Below, piece by piece: positions 39,333 to 49,370 of a DNA stretch of 64,000 bases. A program made the translations under genes and the position numbers. Location of the stretch: positions 5,899 through 69,898 of the forward strand of contig JAKPXB010000038.1 of assembly GCA_029570375.1 (NCBI GenBank). The letters run 5' to 3'. The DNA comes from Bacillota bacterium (GTDB taxonomy: Bacteria; Bacillota; Clostridia; Saccharofermentanales; DTU023). Position 1 is the stretch's first letter. Every line of letters begins with the position of its first letter. The notes beneath the pieces were generated by a model. The model worked only from the letters and a program-made list of their open reading frames with translations, was not told the origin of the DNA and did no database searches.

Positions 39333-39503
39333 CGCTTTTCTCAGACAGAAAGAACACCTGACTCATAACAATCTAATTGAATCAGCGCCAATTATCTCCC
39401 CAGGGGATTATGTAGCCAGTCTCGAATTGACAGAAGAGCCCGAATATGAGTTTTTTTACGAATAGAGAATCCTGACAGGTGCAGTTCTCTTTCATTCGAG
39501 ACT

Positions 39504-39550
39504 CCCGGGCGCCCGGATTATTCCGGACAGCCCGGGCCACCCATTTTCGG
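39504..39550 (+). terminator. possible terminator after the S41 peptidase gene
   Basis: CCCGGGC...GCCCGGG stem with an inner CCGG/CCGG pairing, followed by a T-containing tract (CATTTTCGGTTT). Confidence 0.3.
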
Positions 39551-39618
39551 TTTGATACGCCATTCAGCTCCCGTACCCGGCAGGTCTGACAGGGCCGGTC
39601 AGACAGCTAAAAACATAC

Positions 39619-39647
39619 TTGCATGCATTGCGATCATGATGTATACT
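39619..39647 (+). promoter_or_regulatory. S10 operon promoter
   Basis: TTGCAT, 17-nt spacer, TATACT, preceded by an A-rich tract. It lies about 255 nt upstream of rpsJ. Confidence 0.6.
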
Positions 39648-39797
39648 TCAACCTGCGTCTTTTGCGCGCCTCATGCGGCGCACAGAAGATAACGTTGACG
39701 GTGGAGATTGCTTCCGGATTTACTGCAATCTGTAAGGTAACTTCACCTGAGCAGCCTGAACCCGATTTCAGGCGCAGAATCCCTTGGCAGTAGGGCT

Positions 39798-39834
39798 CCC
39801 AGCGTTTGCACCGAGCGGTGTTCGACTGGGTTTT
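39798..39834 (+). promoter_or_regulatory. terminator-like hairpin in the S10 leader (possible attenuator)
   Basis: CCCAG...CTGGG with an inner CACC/GGTG helix, followed by TTTT. About 70 nt upstream of the rpsJ ATG. Confidence 0.3.
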
Positions 39835-39904
39835 AAATTGGCAAAGAATGATACGCCCGAGTCAATAGTGATTCTGATAGCAGAATATAGGAGGAATGTA
39901 AGGA

Positions 39905-40216
39905 ATGGCCATCAATCAGAAAATCAGAATTCGCCTCAAAGCGTTTGACAGCCGCATTCTCGATGACAGCGCGCGCCGCATTGTCAGCACGGCGGAGAGA
40001 ACCGGAGCCAGTGTATCCGGTCCGATCCCTCTCCCGACGGAGAAGGAGATCGTCACGATCCTTCGCTCGCCGCATAAGCACAAGGATTCGCGCGAGCAAT
40101 TTGAGATCCGTACGCACAAGCGTCTGATCGACATTCTGGCCCCGACGTCAAAGACAGTGGAGTCGCTGATGCGCCTCGAAATGCCTGCCGGCGTCAATAT
40201 TGAGATTAAATTGTAA
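39905..40216 (+). CDS. rpsJ: 30S ribosomal protein S10
   Basis: 103 aa. IRIRLKAFD...PLPT motif. First gene of the S10 operon. Confidence 0.98.
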   Translation: MAINQKIRIRLKAFDSRILDDSARRIVSTAERTGASVSGPIPLPTEKEIVTILRSPHKHKDSREQFEIRTHKRLIDILAPTSKTVESLMRLEMPAGVNIEIKL

Positions 40217-40282
40217 GCCCGCGCTCACGGGTCAATGTTTGCCGGCATCGATCGGTAAACCAATAACTCAGGAGGTTATAAC

Positions 40283-40909
40283 ATGGCAAAGTTCATGCTC
40301 GGTCGAAAAGCCGGGATGACACAGGTCTTTGATGAAAACGGGTTAGTGATTCCCGTAACTGTCATCGCCTGCGGCCCCTTAACTGTTCTTCAGAATAAAA
40401 CAGTTGAGAAAGAGGGCTACAGCGCAGTCCGTGTCGGTTATGAAGAGACAAAAAAAGGCAACCGTCCGCATCGCGGACAGTTCGAAAAAATCGGTGTCAA
40501 ACCGATGAGAGTGATCCGCGAATTCCGCTCCGATGAAGCGTACGAGCTCGGGCAGGTCATCCCTGTCAGCGAGATGTTCGAGCCTGGCGACGCGGTCGAC
40601 GTGTGCGGCACGTCCAAAGGTAAAGGATACGCCGGTGCGATCCGCCGTCACGGCATGGCGCGCGGTCCGAGGACGCACGGTTCAAAATACCATCGCAAAG
40701 CGGGTCCGATGAGCTCAGCCACCACGCCCGGCAGGGTGTTCAAAGGCAATAAAATGCCCGGCCAGCTCGGATATAAGCGTGTGACCGTTCAGAATCTCTC
40801 CGTCGTTCAGGTCGATGGCGAGCGCCATTTCCTCGTGGTAAAAGGCGCTGTCCCCGGCCCGAGGGGCGGTCTCCTCGAGATACGGTCGACCGTCAAGTCG
40901 AAGAAGTAG
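40283..40909 (+). CDS. rplC: 50S ribosomal protein L3
   Basis: 208 aa. GRKAGMTQVFDENG N-terminus. Confidence 0.98.
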   Translation: MAKFMLGRKAGMTQVFDENGLVIPVTVIACGPLTVLQNKTVEKEGYSAVRVGYEETKKGNRPHRGQFEKIGVKPMRVIREFRSDEAYELGQVIPVSEMFEPGDAVDVCGTSKGKGYAGAIRRHGMARGPRTHGSKYHRKAGPMSSATTPGRVFKGNKMPGQLGYKRVTVQNLSVVQVDGERHFLVVKGAVPGPRGGLLEIRSTVKSKK

Positions 40910-40923
40910 AGGGGGAGAGCACT

Positions 40924-41547
40924 ATGCAATTCGATGTTTACAACATGAAAGGCGACATCGTCGACAAGATCGAATTGTCCGACGAGATTTTCGCCATTGA
41001 ACCCAACGAGGACGCCGTCTACCGCGTCGTCGTCGCGCAGCAGGCGAATAAACGCCAGGGTACGCACAAGACGAAGACAAGAGGCGAGGTCAGAGGCGGT
41101 GGCCGCAAGCCTTTCCGCCAGAAAGGAACAGGGCGCGCGCGCCAGGGCTCCACAAGATCGCCTAAGCATGTCGGAGGCGGTGTCGTTTTCGGTCCCGTAC
41201 CTCGCAGTTATCGCGTGAGGCTGCCGAAGAAGCTCCGCCGTCTCGCACTTTTTTCCGTGTTGTCGGCAAAGGCCGGAAGCGAACAGATCGTCGTACTCGA
41301 CGACCTGACCATCGAAAGCGGAAAAACGCGTGAAATGGTGGAAGTCTTAAAGAACTTAGGCGCCGATACAACGTCGCTGATCGTCACGACTGGCAGGAAT
41401 GAGAATGTGATCCGCTCCGCGCACAACATCCAGGGTGTCAAAACAGCGCCGGTGAACGCTCTGTCCGTTCTTGACCTGCTTAAATACGACCGCCTGATCG
41501 CGACGCGTGAAGCGCTTGAATCCTTCCAGGAGGTTTACGCATCATGA
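40924..41547 (+). CDS. rplD: 50S ribosomal protein L4
   Basis: 207 aa with conserved operon position. [15 protein letters not shown] motif. Confidence 0.98.
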   Translation: MQFDVYNMKGDIVDKIELSDEIFAIEPNEDAVYRVVVAQQANKRQGTHKTKTRGEVRGGGRKPFRQKGTGRARQGSTRSPKHVGGGVVFGPVPRSYRVRLPKKLRRLALFSVLSAKAGSEQIVVLDDLTIESGKTREMVEVLKNLGADTTSLIVTTGRNENVIRSAHNIQGVKTAPVNALSVLDLLKYDRLIATREALESFQEVYAS

Positions 41548-41897
41548 AGAACCCGCACGATATTATTCTTGAACCGATCATTACCGAGCAGAGTATGGAA
41601 GAAACCATGCACGGCAAGTACACATTTGTTGTAGCGAAGAACGCCACAAAGACGGAAATCGGCAAAGCCTGTGAGGACATGTTTGAAGTCAAAGTGCTGA
41701 AAGTAAACACGATGCACCTGTCAGGAAAACTTCGCCGTATGGGTAAGAACAGCGGCCGCACGGCTTCGTGGAAAAAGGCCATCGTCACGATTGATCTCGA
41801 TCCGCAGCCGGAAGAGTACAACCTCCCCGGCGGCAAGACAGCAACCAGGTCGAAACGCTACAAGACCGAGATCGCTGAATTCGGATTTGGCCAGTAA
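41544..41897 (+). CDS. rplW: 50S ribosomal protein L23
   Basis: 117 aa. L23 core ([10 protein letters not shown]...KYTFVV) with a C-terminal extension. Confidence 0.96.
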   Translation: MKNPHDIILEPIITEQSMEETMHGKYTFVVAKNATKTEIGKACEDMFEVKVLKVNTMHLSGKLRRMGKNSGRTASWKKAIVTIDLDPQPEEYNLPGGKTATRSKRYKTEIAEFGFGQ

Positions 41898-41926
41898 GCC
41901 GATCGCGTGAAAGTAAGGAGATAACT

Positions 41927-42763
<837 letters not shown>

Positions 42764-42779
42764 GGATGGAGGAGATATC

Positions 42780-43061
42780 ATGAGCCGTTCCGCAAAAAAA
42801 GGATTTTATGTTGATGAGATTCTTATGAAACGCATCAACGAGCTGAATGAAAAAAACGAGCACCGCGTACTGAAGACCTGGTCGCGTTCCTCCACCATAT
42901 TCCCTGAGATGGTGGGCCATACCATCGCCGTATACGATGGCCGGAAACATGTTCCCGTCTATATTACGGAAGAAATGGTCGGTCACAAACTTGGCGAATT
43001 CGCGCCGACAAGAACTTTTCGTGGCCACGCCGGTTCCGAAAAACGCGCGCGTGCGAGATAA
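42780..43061 (+). CDS. rpsS: 30S ribosomal protein S19
   Basis: 93 aa. [11 protein letters not shown]...[16 protein letters not shown]. Confidence 0.98.
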   Translation: MSRSAKKGFYVDEILMKRINELNEKNEHRVLKTWSRSSTIFPEMVGHTIAVYDGRKHVPVYITEEMVGHKLGEFAPTRTFRGHAGSEKRARAR

Positions 43062-43083
43062 GCGTCGGCTGGGAGGATAGATT

Positions 43084-43569
43084 GTGGCTAAGAAAGTTAT
43101 GAGTAAATCGGAGCTTCTGGAACGCCGCGATGAGATCATCGCGGAATACAGCAAGCCAACCCGTAAAAACGCGAAAAAACGCGTCCTGACAAAGAAAGAA
43201 CGCAAAGTTCTGGGGATCGGCCGGGATCAGGGGAAAGCGACGCTGAAGCATCTTCGGATGAATGCTTTTAAGGTCAATGCCCTGATCAGGCAAGTAGTTG
43301 GCAAGAGTCTTGAAGAAGCCTATGCCATCCTGCTGTACACCCCGCATGGCGCCGCTCAGCCTCTGACGAAATTGCTGAAGTCGGCGGAAGCGAACGCGGT
43401 GAACAACAACGGACTGAACAAGGAAGACCTGTATGTCGCTGAACTGTACGCGATGCAGGGTCCGACGCTGAAGCGCATCCGCCCCCTTTCCAAGGGACAG
43501 GCGAGCTGGATTCTGAAGCGCTCATGCCATGTCCACGTCGTGCTGAAAGAAAAGGAGCAGGAGGTTTAG
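43084..43569 (+). CDS. rplV: 50S ribosomal protein L22 with N-terminal extension
   Basis: L22 core from about residue 50 ([28 protein letters not shown]...). GTG start 7 nt after GGGAGGA. Confidence 0.93.
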   Translation: MAKKVMSKSELLERRDEIIAEYSKPTRKNAKKRVLTKKERKVLGIGRDQGKATLKHLRMNAFKVNALIRQVVGKSLEEAYAILLYTPHGAAQPLTKLLKSAEANAVNNNGLNKEDLYVAELYAMQGPTLKRIRPLSKGQASWILKRSCHVHVVLKEKEQEV

Positions 43570-43570
43570 T

Positions 43571-44254
43571 ATGGGTCAGAAAGTTAATCCGCATGGACTT
43601 CGCGTCGGAGTGATCAAAGACTGGGACTCTCGCTGGTACGCCGATAAAAACAATTTCGCCCGTTACCTCGTCGAGGACAAAAAGATCCGCCAATATGTAA
43701 AAGAGCAGACAGAGCGCGCCGGTGTCTCGCGCATTGAGATCGAGCGCCTGGGCGATGATAAGACGACGATCACGATTACCACGGGCAAGCCCGGCATTGT
43801 AATCGGCCGGGGCGGATCGGAGATTGAAAACCTGAAGAAAAAGCTCGCCAAAGAGTTTGGCAGAACGTTCTTCATCAATGTCAAAGAAGTCCGCAATGTT
43901 GATATCGAAGCGCAGCTCGTCGCCGAGAGTATCGCGAAACAGCTGGAAGAGCGCGTCTCTTTCCGCCGCGCGATGAAGCAGGCGATTAACCGTGCTATGA
44001 AAAACGGGGCCCGTGGGATCAAGACCATGGTGTCCGGACGTCTGGGCGGAGCGGAGATCGCCCGCTTTGAGCAGTACCGCGAAGGGACCATCCCTCTCCA
44101 TACGCTGCGGGCCGATATCGATTACGGATTTGCCGAAGCGAAAACGTCCTACGGTCAGCTCGGCGTGAAAGTTTGGATTTACAAGGGCGAAGTTCTCACC
44201 GTGAAGAACGTCGCGCAGGATGATAAGGAGGCGACCCCAGATGTTAATGCCTAA
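43571..44254 (+). CDS. rpsC: 30S ribosomal protein S3
   Basis: 227 aa. [14 protein letters not shown]-terminus and a KH domain. Confidence 0.98.
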   Translation: MGQKVNPHGLRVGVIKDWDSRWYADKNNFARYLVEDKKIRQYVKEQTERAGVSRIEIERLGDDKTTITITTGKPGIVIGRGGSEIENLKKKLAKEFGRTFFINVKEVRNVDIEAQLVAESIAKQLEERVSFRRAMKQAINRAMKNGARGIKTMVSGRLGGAEIARFEQYREGTIPLHTLRADIDYGFAEAKTSYGQLGVKVWIYKGEVLTVKNVAQDDKEATPDVNA

Positions 44255-44792
44255 ACGCGTGAAACGCAGAAAGCAGCACCGCGGGCGCATGACAGGGAAA
44301 GCGACGCGCGGCAATAAGGTGACGTACGGCCAGTACGGACTGCAGGCGCTCGAACCCGCGTGGATTACAGGCAACCAGATCGAGGCGGCCCGTGTCGCGA
44401 TCAATCGGTATTTCAGACGCGGCGGCACTGTATGGATTAAAATTTTCCCCGACAAGCCTGTCTCGAAAAAACCTGCCGAAACTCGTATGGGTAAAGGTAA
44501 AGGCGCGCCGGAGTACTGGGTCGCTGTCGTCAAACCCGGACGTGTACTCTTCGAGGTTGCCGGCGTGACAGAGAAACAAGCGCGCGAAGCGCTGCGTCTC
44601 GCGAGTCACAAACTCCCGTTGAAAGTGCGTTTCGTCGAGAGTGAGCGCAAGTTCTCGCAAGAGGAAATCGCGAAATTCGCCGAAGTCCAGGTGCTCGAGA
44701 CGCCGGAGGAACTTCTCACTGAAGCGGAGTCAGAGGGCGCCGTGTCAGCGGAAGGTGACGCCGCGGAAGGCGAAGCTCGCGCGGACGAGTAG
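44241..44792 (+). CDS. rplP: 50S ribosomal protein L16 with acidic C-terminal tail
   Basis: [16 protein letters not shown]-terminus. ATG at 44241 follows AAGGAGG and overlaps the rpsC end. Confidence 0.95.
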   Translation: MLMPKRVKRRKQHRGRMTGKATRGNKVTYGQYGLQALEPAWITGNQIEAARVAINRYFRRGGTVWIKIFPDKPVSKKPAETRMGKGKGAPEYWVAVVKPGRVLFEVAGVTEKQAREALRLASHKLPLKVRFVESERKFSQEEIAKFAEVQVLETPEELLTEAESEGAVSAEGDAAEGEARADE

Positions 44793-44806
44793 CAGGAGGA
44801 TTGAAA

Positions 44807-45013
44807 ATGAAGGCGAAAGAATTACGTGAGAAAAATCAAGCCGAACTTGAGAAAGAGCTTCAGGAATTAAAAGCTGAACTTTTCAAGCTTCGTTTTCAAC
44901 ACGTCACGAACCAGCTCGCAAACCCGATGGAGCTGAAGCGCGTGAAACGCGACATTGCCCGCGTTAAGACCGTCATGCGCCAGCAAGAGCTCGGCCAAGT
45001 GATCTCAGGGTAA
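44807..45013 (+). CDS. rpmC: 50S ribosomal protein L29
   Basis: [18 protein letters not shown]... The ATG lies 7 nt after GGAGG. Confidence 0.96.
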   Translation: MKAKELREKNQAELEKELQELKAELFKLRFQHVTNQLANPMELKRVKRDIARVKTVMRQQELGQVISG

Positions 45014-45026
45014 AGGGGGAGAGTAA

Positions 45027-45284
45027 ATGAGCGAGCGTAACGAAAGAAAACAGCGCGTTGGCATCGTGATCAGCGACAAAATGGACAAAACCATTGTCGT
45101 CTCTGTATCGGAGCATATCCGCCACCCGCTTTATAAGAAATACATCAGGCACACCGTCAAGATGAAAGCCCACGACGAGAACAACGAATGTGGCATCGGA
45201 GACCGCGTCCGTCTGATGGAGACAAGACCGTTGAGCCGTGACAAACGCTGGCGTCTCGTGGAAATCATCGAGAAAGCCAGATAA
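45027..45284 (+). CDS. rpsQ: 30S ribosomal protein S17
   Basis: 85 aa. [19 protein letters not shown]. Confidence 0.98.
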   Translation: MSERNERKQRVGIVISDKMDKTIVVSVSEHIRHPLYKKYIRHTVKMKAHDENNECGIGDRVRLMETRPLSRDKRWRLVEIIEKAR

Positions 45285-45311
45285 ACCGGTGGAGTTCAGG
45301 AGGACAGGTCA

Positions 45312-45680
45312 ATGATTCAAGTACAATCCAGGCTTAAATCCGCCGATAACACCGGCGCGAGGCAGCTGATGTGCATCCGCGTGCTCGGCGGGACAGGGCG
45401 CCGCTACGCCAATATTGGCGATGTGATCGTCTGTTCTGTCAAGGAAGCCGCGCCTGGCGGCACTGTCAAGAAAGGCGAAGTCGTTAAAGCTGTTGTCGTC
45501 CGTACAAAAGCGGGCATTCACCGCAAAGACGGCACCGTTATCCGCTTCGACGAGAACGCGGCAGTTATTTTAAAAGATGATGGGAACCCTCAAGGGACAC
45601 GCATCTTCGGCCCCATCGCCCGTGAGCTGCGTGAGAAGAATTACATGCGAATTCTCTCTCTCGCGCCCGAGGTTCTGTAA
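45312..45680 (+). CDS. rplN: 50S ribosomal protein L14
   Basis: 122 aa. [17 protein letters not shown]. Confidence 0.98.
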   Translation: MIQVQSRLKSADNTGARQLMCIRVLGGTGRRYANIGDVIVCSVKEAAPGGTVKKGEVVKAVVVRTKAGIHRKDGTVIRFDENAAVILKDDGNPQGTRIFGPIARELREKNYMRILSLAPEVL

Positions 45681-45691
45681 GGAGGAGAAGG

Positions 45692-46042
45692 ATGTCTCGC
45701 AATAAAATACATGTCAAAAAGGATGACCAGGTCTACGTGCTGACAGGAAAAGACGCAGGTAAAACAGGCAAAATTATCGCCGCTTATCCTTCAAAAGGGC
45801 GTGTGATCGTGGAGGGTGTCAACATCGCCACCCGCCATGTAAAACCGAAGTCGCAGCACCAGCAGGGCGGTATCATCCGCCAGGAGATGCCGATCGACGC
45901 GTCCAACGTCATGCTCGTCTGCCCGAAGTGCAAACGCCCGTCGAAGATGGGTGTCAAGGTCGTAGAGAATGGGGACAAAGTGCGTTACTGCAAAGCTTGT
46001 GAGGCCACTGTTTCCGTTATTAGCAAAGGTAAGAAGGGATAA
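45692..46042 (+). CDS. rplX: 50S ribosomal protein L24 (carries a Cys4 insertion)
   Basis: KOW N-terminus (HVKKDDQVYVLTGKDAGKTGKI), then CPKC...CKAC in the C-terminal half. Confidence 0.96.
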   Translation: MSRNKIHVKKDDQVYVLTGKDAGKTGKIIAAYPSKGRVIVEGVNIATRHVKPKSQHQQGGIIRQEMPIDASNVMLVCPKCKRPSKMGVKVVENGDKVRYCKACEATVSVISKGKKG

Positions 46043-46045
46043 CGC

Positions 46046-46585
46046 ATGAACAGATTACGTGATAAATATACTGATGAAGTTCGCGATGCCCTGATGAAAC
46101 AATTCGGCTACCGCTCAGTGATGCAAGTGCCAAAACTCGAGAAAATCGTCCTGAACATGGGTGTCGGCGATACGCGTGAAAACCCGAAGGCGATTGACTC
46201 CGCTGTCCGCGATCTTTCAACGATCGCGGGGCAGAAAGCCATCGTGACGTATGCTCGGAAATCAGTGGCTAACTTCAAGTTGAGAGAAGGGATGGCGAAC
46301 GGCGTCAAGGTGACCATTCGCGGCGACCGTATGTATCACTTCCTCGACAAGTTGATCAATATCGCTCTTCCGCGCGTACGCGACTTCCGCGGTGTGAACC
46401 CGAATTCATTCGACGGACGCGGCAATTATTCTCTCGGGGCGCGCGAGCAGTTGATTTTTCCGGAAATCGATTACGACAGCGTCGACAAGATCAGCGGACT
46501 CGATATCATCATTGTGACAACAGCTGAGACAGATGAAGAAGGCATGGCTCTGCTGTCAGCGCTCGGCATGCCGTTCCGCAAGTAA
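46046..46585 (+). CDS. rplE: 50S ribosomal protein L5
   Basis: 179 aa. [21 protein letters not shown]. Confidence 0.98.
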   Translation: MNRLRDKYTDEVRDALMKQFGYRSVMQVPKLEKIVLNMGVGDTRENPKAIDSAVRDLSTIAGQKAIVTYARKSVANFKLREGMANGVKVTIRGDRMYHFLDKLINIALPRVRDFRGVNPNSFDGRGNYSLGAREQLIFPEIDYDSVDKISGLDIIIVTTAETDEEGMALLSALGMPFRK

Positions 46586-46595
46586 GGGGGAGACC

Positions 46596-46781
46596 ATGGC
46601 AAAAAAATCTCAGATTGTTAGAGCAAAACTCGCGCCGAAATTCAGCACGCGCCAGAAGAACCGCTGTCTGCTTTGCGGCCGTCCGAGATCGTATATACGC
46701 AAATACGGCATCTGCCGCCTTTGTTTCCGCGAGCTCGCGTACAAGGGGCAGATCCCCGGCGTTCGTAAAGCCAGTTGGTAA
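46596..46781 (+). CDS. rpsN: 30S ribosomal protein S14 type Z (zinc-binding)
   Basis: 61 aa. [11 protein letters not shown]..., with CLLCGRP...CRLC. Confidence 0.96.
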   Translation: MAKKSQIVRAKLAPKFSTRQKNRCLLCGRPRSYIRKYGICRLCFRELAYKGQIPGVRKASW

Positions 46782-46793
46782 GGAGGAGTCGTC

Positions 46794-47189
46794 ATGCAAG
46801 TTACTGATCCAATCGCGGATATGCTTACACGCATCCGCAACGCCGCAAGAGCCGGCAAGCTGACTTGTGAGCTGCCCGCTTCGAATATGAAGCGCGCGAT
46901 CGCAGACATTCTCGTCGATGAAGGTTATATCGAGAAAGTCGGCTGCCGTGACGACGGCAAACAGGGAATCCTGACACTGACGTTGAAATACTATGGCAAT
47001 AAACCTGTCATTACAGGAATCAGAAGAATATCCAAGCCCGGACTCCGCGTGTACGCCGATGTTGATCATCTGCCGCGCGTGCAGAATGGTCTTGGTATCG
47101 CGATCATCTCGACTTCAAAAGGCGTGATGACCGATAAATATGCGCGCCGCAGCAAGATCGGCGGCGAAGTGCTGGCCTTTGTCTGGTAA
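46794..47189 (+). CDS. rpsH: 30S ribosomal protein S8
   Basis: 131 aa. [14 protein letters not shown]. Confidence 0.98.
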   Translation: MQVTDPIADMLTRIRNAARAGKLTCELPASNMKRAIADILVDEGYIEKVGCRDDGKQGILTLTLKYYGNKPVITGIRRISKPGLRVYADVDHLPRVQNGLGIAIISTSKGVMTDKYARRSKIGGEVLAFVW

Positions 47190-47250
47190 GACAAGCGCCC
47201 GCCACTCTGAAAAGGGCAAAAGCCCGCAATCTTAAGAGCAGGAGGAAATT

Positions 47251-47790
47251 ATGTCGAGAATTGGCAAAAAGCCGATCGCGATCCCGCAGGATATGAAAGT
47301 CGAGATCGTCGGCGACGAAGTCGTCGTGAGCAAGGGACAGCAGTCCTTATCCCAGAAAATTCACGCCGGCATTACCGTTAAGATCGAAGACGGCCGCATA
47401 CTGGTCGGCCGTGAAGATGATACGCGCGAAACGCGGTCACTGCACGGGCTGACGCGGTCCCTGATCAACAATATGGTCGTGGGTCTGAGCGAAGGGTTTA
47501 CGAAAAATCTGGAGATCCAGGGCGTCGGATTCCGCGCGGCCAAAGAGGGCAACAAGCTTGTCATGAATCTGGGTTATTCGCATCAGGTTATTTTTGAGGA
47601 GCCGGAAGGCATCACATTCGAGCTCGCCTCGCCGACGCGCATCGCCGTCAAAGGGGCGGATAAACAACTCGTCGGAGAGATGGCGGCGAAGATCCGCGCC
47701 TCGCGTCTGCCCGACGCATATAAGGGCAAAGGTGTCCGGTATGCCGGTGAGGTTCTGCGCCTCAAGGTCGGCAAATCCGGCGCGAAGTAA
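47251..47790 (+). CDS. rplF: 50S ribosomal protein L6
   Basis: 179 aa. MSRIGKKPIAIP. Confidence 0.98.
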   Translation: MSRIGKKPIAIPQDMKVEIVGDEVVVSKGQQSLSQKIHAGITVKIEDGRILVGREDDTRETRSLHGLTRSLINNMVVGLSEGFTKNLEIQGVGFRAAKEGNKLVMNLGYSHQVIFEEPEGITFELASPTRIAVKGADKQLVGEMAAKIRASRLPDAYKGKGVRYAGEVLRLKVGKSGAK

Positions 47791-47802
47791 GGAGCGTGAA
47801 CG

Positions 47803-48171
47803 ATGATTAAGAAAGAACCACGCAATGATATCCGCCGCCGCCGCCACACGCGCGTTCGCAAGCATGTTGAAGGCACAGCGGATCGTCCGAGACTGAACGT
47901 GTTCAGAAGTACATCTCACATCTATGCGCAAATTATTGACGATGAAAGCCGCCGCACATTGGCAGCCGCTTCTTCGCTTGATCCTTCGATCAAGGCGGAG
48001 CTCAAGAACGGCGGGAATATTGAGGCAGCGAAAGCCGTAGGCAGACTGATCGCCGAACGCGCGCTCGAGCATGGCATCTCAGCTGTCGTATTCGACCGCG
48101 GCGGATACCAGTATCACGGACGTGTGGAAGCGCTGGCGGATGCCGCGCGCGAAGCCGGACTCAGTTTTTAA
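47803..48171 (+). CDS. rplR: 50S ribosomal protein L18
   Basis: 122 aa. [23 protein letters not shown]. Confidence 0.98.
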   Translation: MIKKEPRNDIRRRRHTRVRKHVEGTADRPRLNVFRSTSHIYAQIIDDESRRTLAAASSLDPSIKAELKNGGNIEAAKAVGRLIAERALEHGISAVVFDRGGYQYHGRVEALADAAREAGLSF

Positions 48172-48183
48172 GGAGTGGCTGAT

Positions 48184-48717
48184 ATGAGAAGAGACAACAG
48201 AGATCGGAAAGATCGTGACAAAAGAGATGACAGAGAGCGCGAGAACGAGCTCCAGGAACGCGTCATTCACATCGGCCGTGTCGCCAAAACAGTCAAGGGC
48301 GGGCGCAACTTCCGCTTTACCGCTCTTGTCGTCGTCGGCGACGGCGAGGGACACGTCGGCAAGGGACTCGGTAAATCGGCGGAGATTCCCGACGCCATCC
48401 GCAAGGGAATTGAAGACGCCAAGCGTAATATGATTGAAGTTGCGACCTACAAAGATACCATTCCCTATCAGGTGACCGGCTGCTACGGCGCGGCGAGCGT
48501 CATGCTGAAACCAGCGAGCGCCGGTACCGGCGTTATTGCCGGCGGCGCCGTCCGCGCCGTCTGTGAGCTGGCCGGGATCAAGGATATCCGTACAAAATCA
48601 TTGGGCAGCCCCAATCCCAACAATATCGTCAACGCGACCATCGAAGGATTGAAATCGCTGCGCACGCTGGAAGAAGTGGCGGAGATCCGCGGCAAGAATC
48701 CCCGCGAGATTCTGTAA
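48184..48717 (+). CDS. rpsE: 30S ribosomal protein S5
   Basis: S5 core ([22 protein letters not shown]) behind an Arg/Asp-rich N-terminal segment. ATG at 48184 lies 8 nt after AAGGAG, while the track GTG at 48175 overlaps the RBS. Confidence 0.95.
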   Translation: MRRDNRDRKDRDKRDDRERENELQERVIHIGRVAKTVKGGRNFRFTALVVVGDGEGHVGKGLGKSAEIPDAIRKGIEDAKRNMIEVATYKDTIPYQVTGCYGAASVMLKPASAGTGVIAGGAVRAVCELAGIKDIRTKSLGSPNPNNIVNATIEGLKSLRTLEEVAEIRGKNPREIL

Positions 48718-48729
48718 GAGGAGGGTGAC

Positions 48730-48933
48730 ATGGCTCAATTGAAAGTTACACTGCTCCGCAGCACCAACAGCGCCAACAAGAGTCACAAGGCGACGGTGCA
48801 GGCACTCGGCCTGAGGAAAATCGGGCACACAGTTATTCATCAGGACAACGACGCGATCCGCGGCATGATTCGCAAGGTTCGCCACCTCGTTGTCTGTGAA
48901 CCGTTTGAAGGAGGAGACGATGAAGATAAATGA
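48730..48933 (+). CDS. rpmD: 50S ribosomal protein L30
   Basis: MAQLKVTLLRS...GLRKIGHTV. Confidence 0.96.
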   Translation: MAQLKVTLLRSTNSANKSHKATVQALGLRKIGHTVIHQDNDAIRGMIRKVRHLVVCEPFEGGDDEDK

Positions 48934-49369
48934 TCTGAGACCGATTCCGGGATCTAACCCGAAATCGTCACGCGTCGGCCGCGGAAAAGGTTCAGGCAGC
49001 GGAAAAACAGCCGGCCGTGGAACAAAAGGCCAGAAGTCGCGTTCAGGCGGCAGTGTCCGTCTGCAGTTCGAGGGCGGACAGATGCCCTTGTACCGTCGGC
49101 TCCCTAAGCGCGGTTTTAACAACAAGCGCTTCGCCAAACAGTACATTACCGTCAATGTAGGAGATCTGACGGGGCTGGAAGAAGGCGCCACAGTTGACGC
49201 CGCTTTACTGGCGGAAGCCGGAGTGATCTCCCTCCCGAAGGTCAACGACGGCCTGAAAGTGCTCGGAGACGGCGACCTGACGATCAAACTGAATGTGAAA
49301 GCCAAAGCTTTCACTGCCACGGCCAGAGAAAAAATTGAGAAGGCCGGGGGAACCTGCGAGGTAATCTGA
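48920..49369 (+). CDS. rplO: 50S ribosomal protein L15
   Basis: MKINDLRPIPGSNPKSSRVGRGKGSGSGKTAGRG. ATG at 48920 follows GGAGGAG. Confidence 0.96.
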   Translation: MKINDLRPIPGSNPKSSRVGRGKGSGSGKTAGRGTKGQKSRSGGSVRLQFEGGQMPLYRRLPKRGFNNKRFAKQYITVNVGDLTGLEEGATVDAALLAEAGVISLPKVNDGLKVLGDGDLTIKLNVKAKAFTATAREKIEKAGGTCEVI

Positions 49370-49370
49370 C

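Noticed and set aside
43286-44533. 415-aa ORF on the minus strand, antisense to rplV-rpsC-rplP
   Set aside because: It lies entirely inside highly conserved ribosomal protein genes on the other strand. The translation is Arg/Pro/Ala-rich low complexity, typical of shadow ORFs in GC-rich DNA.
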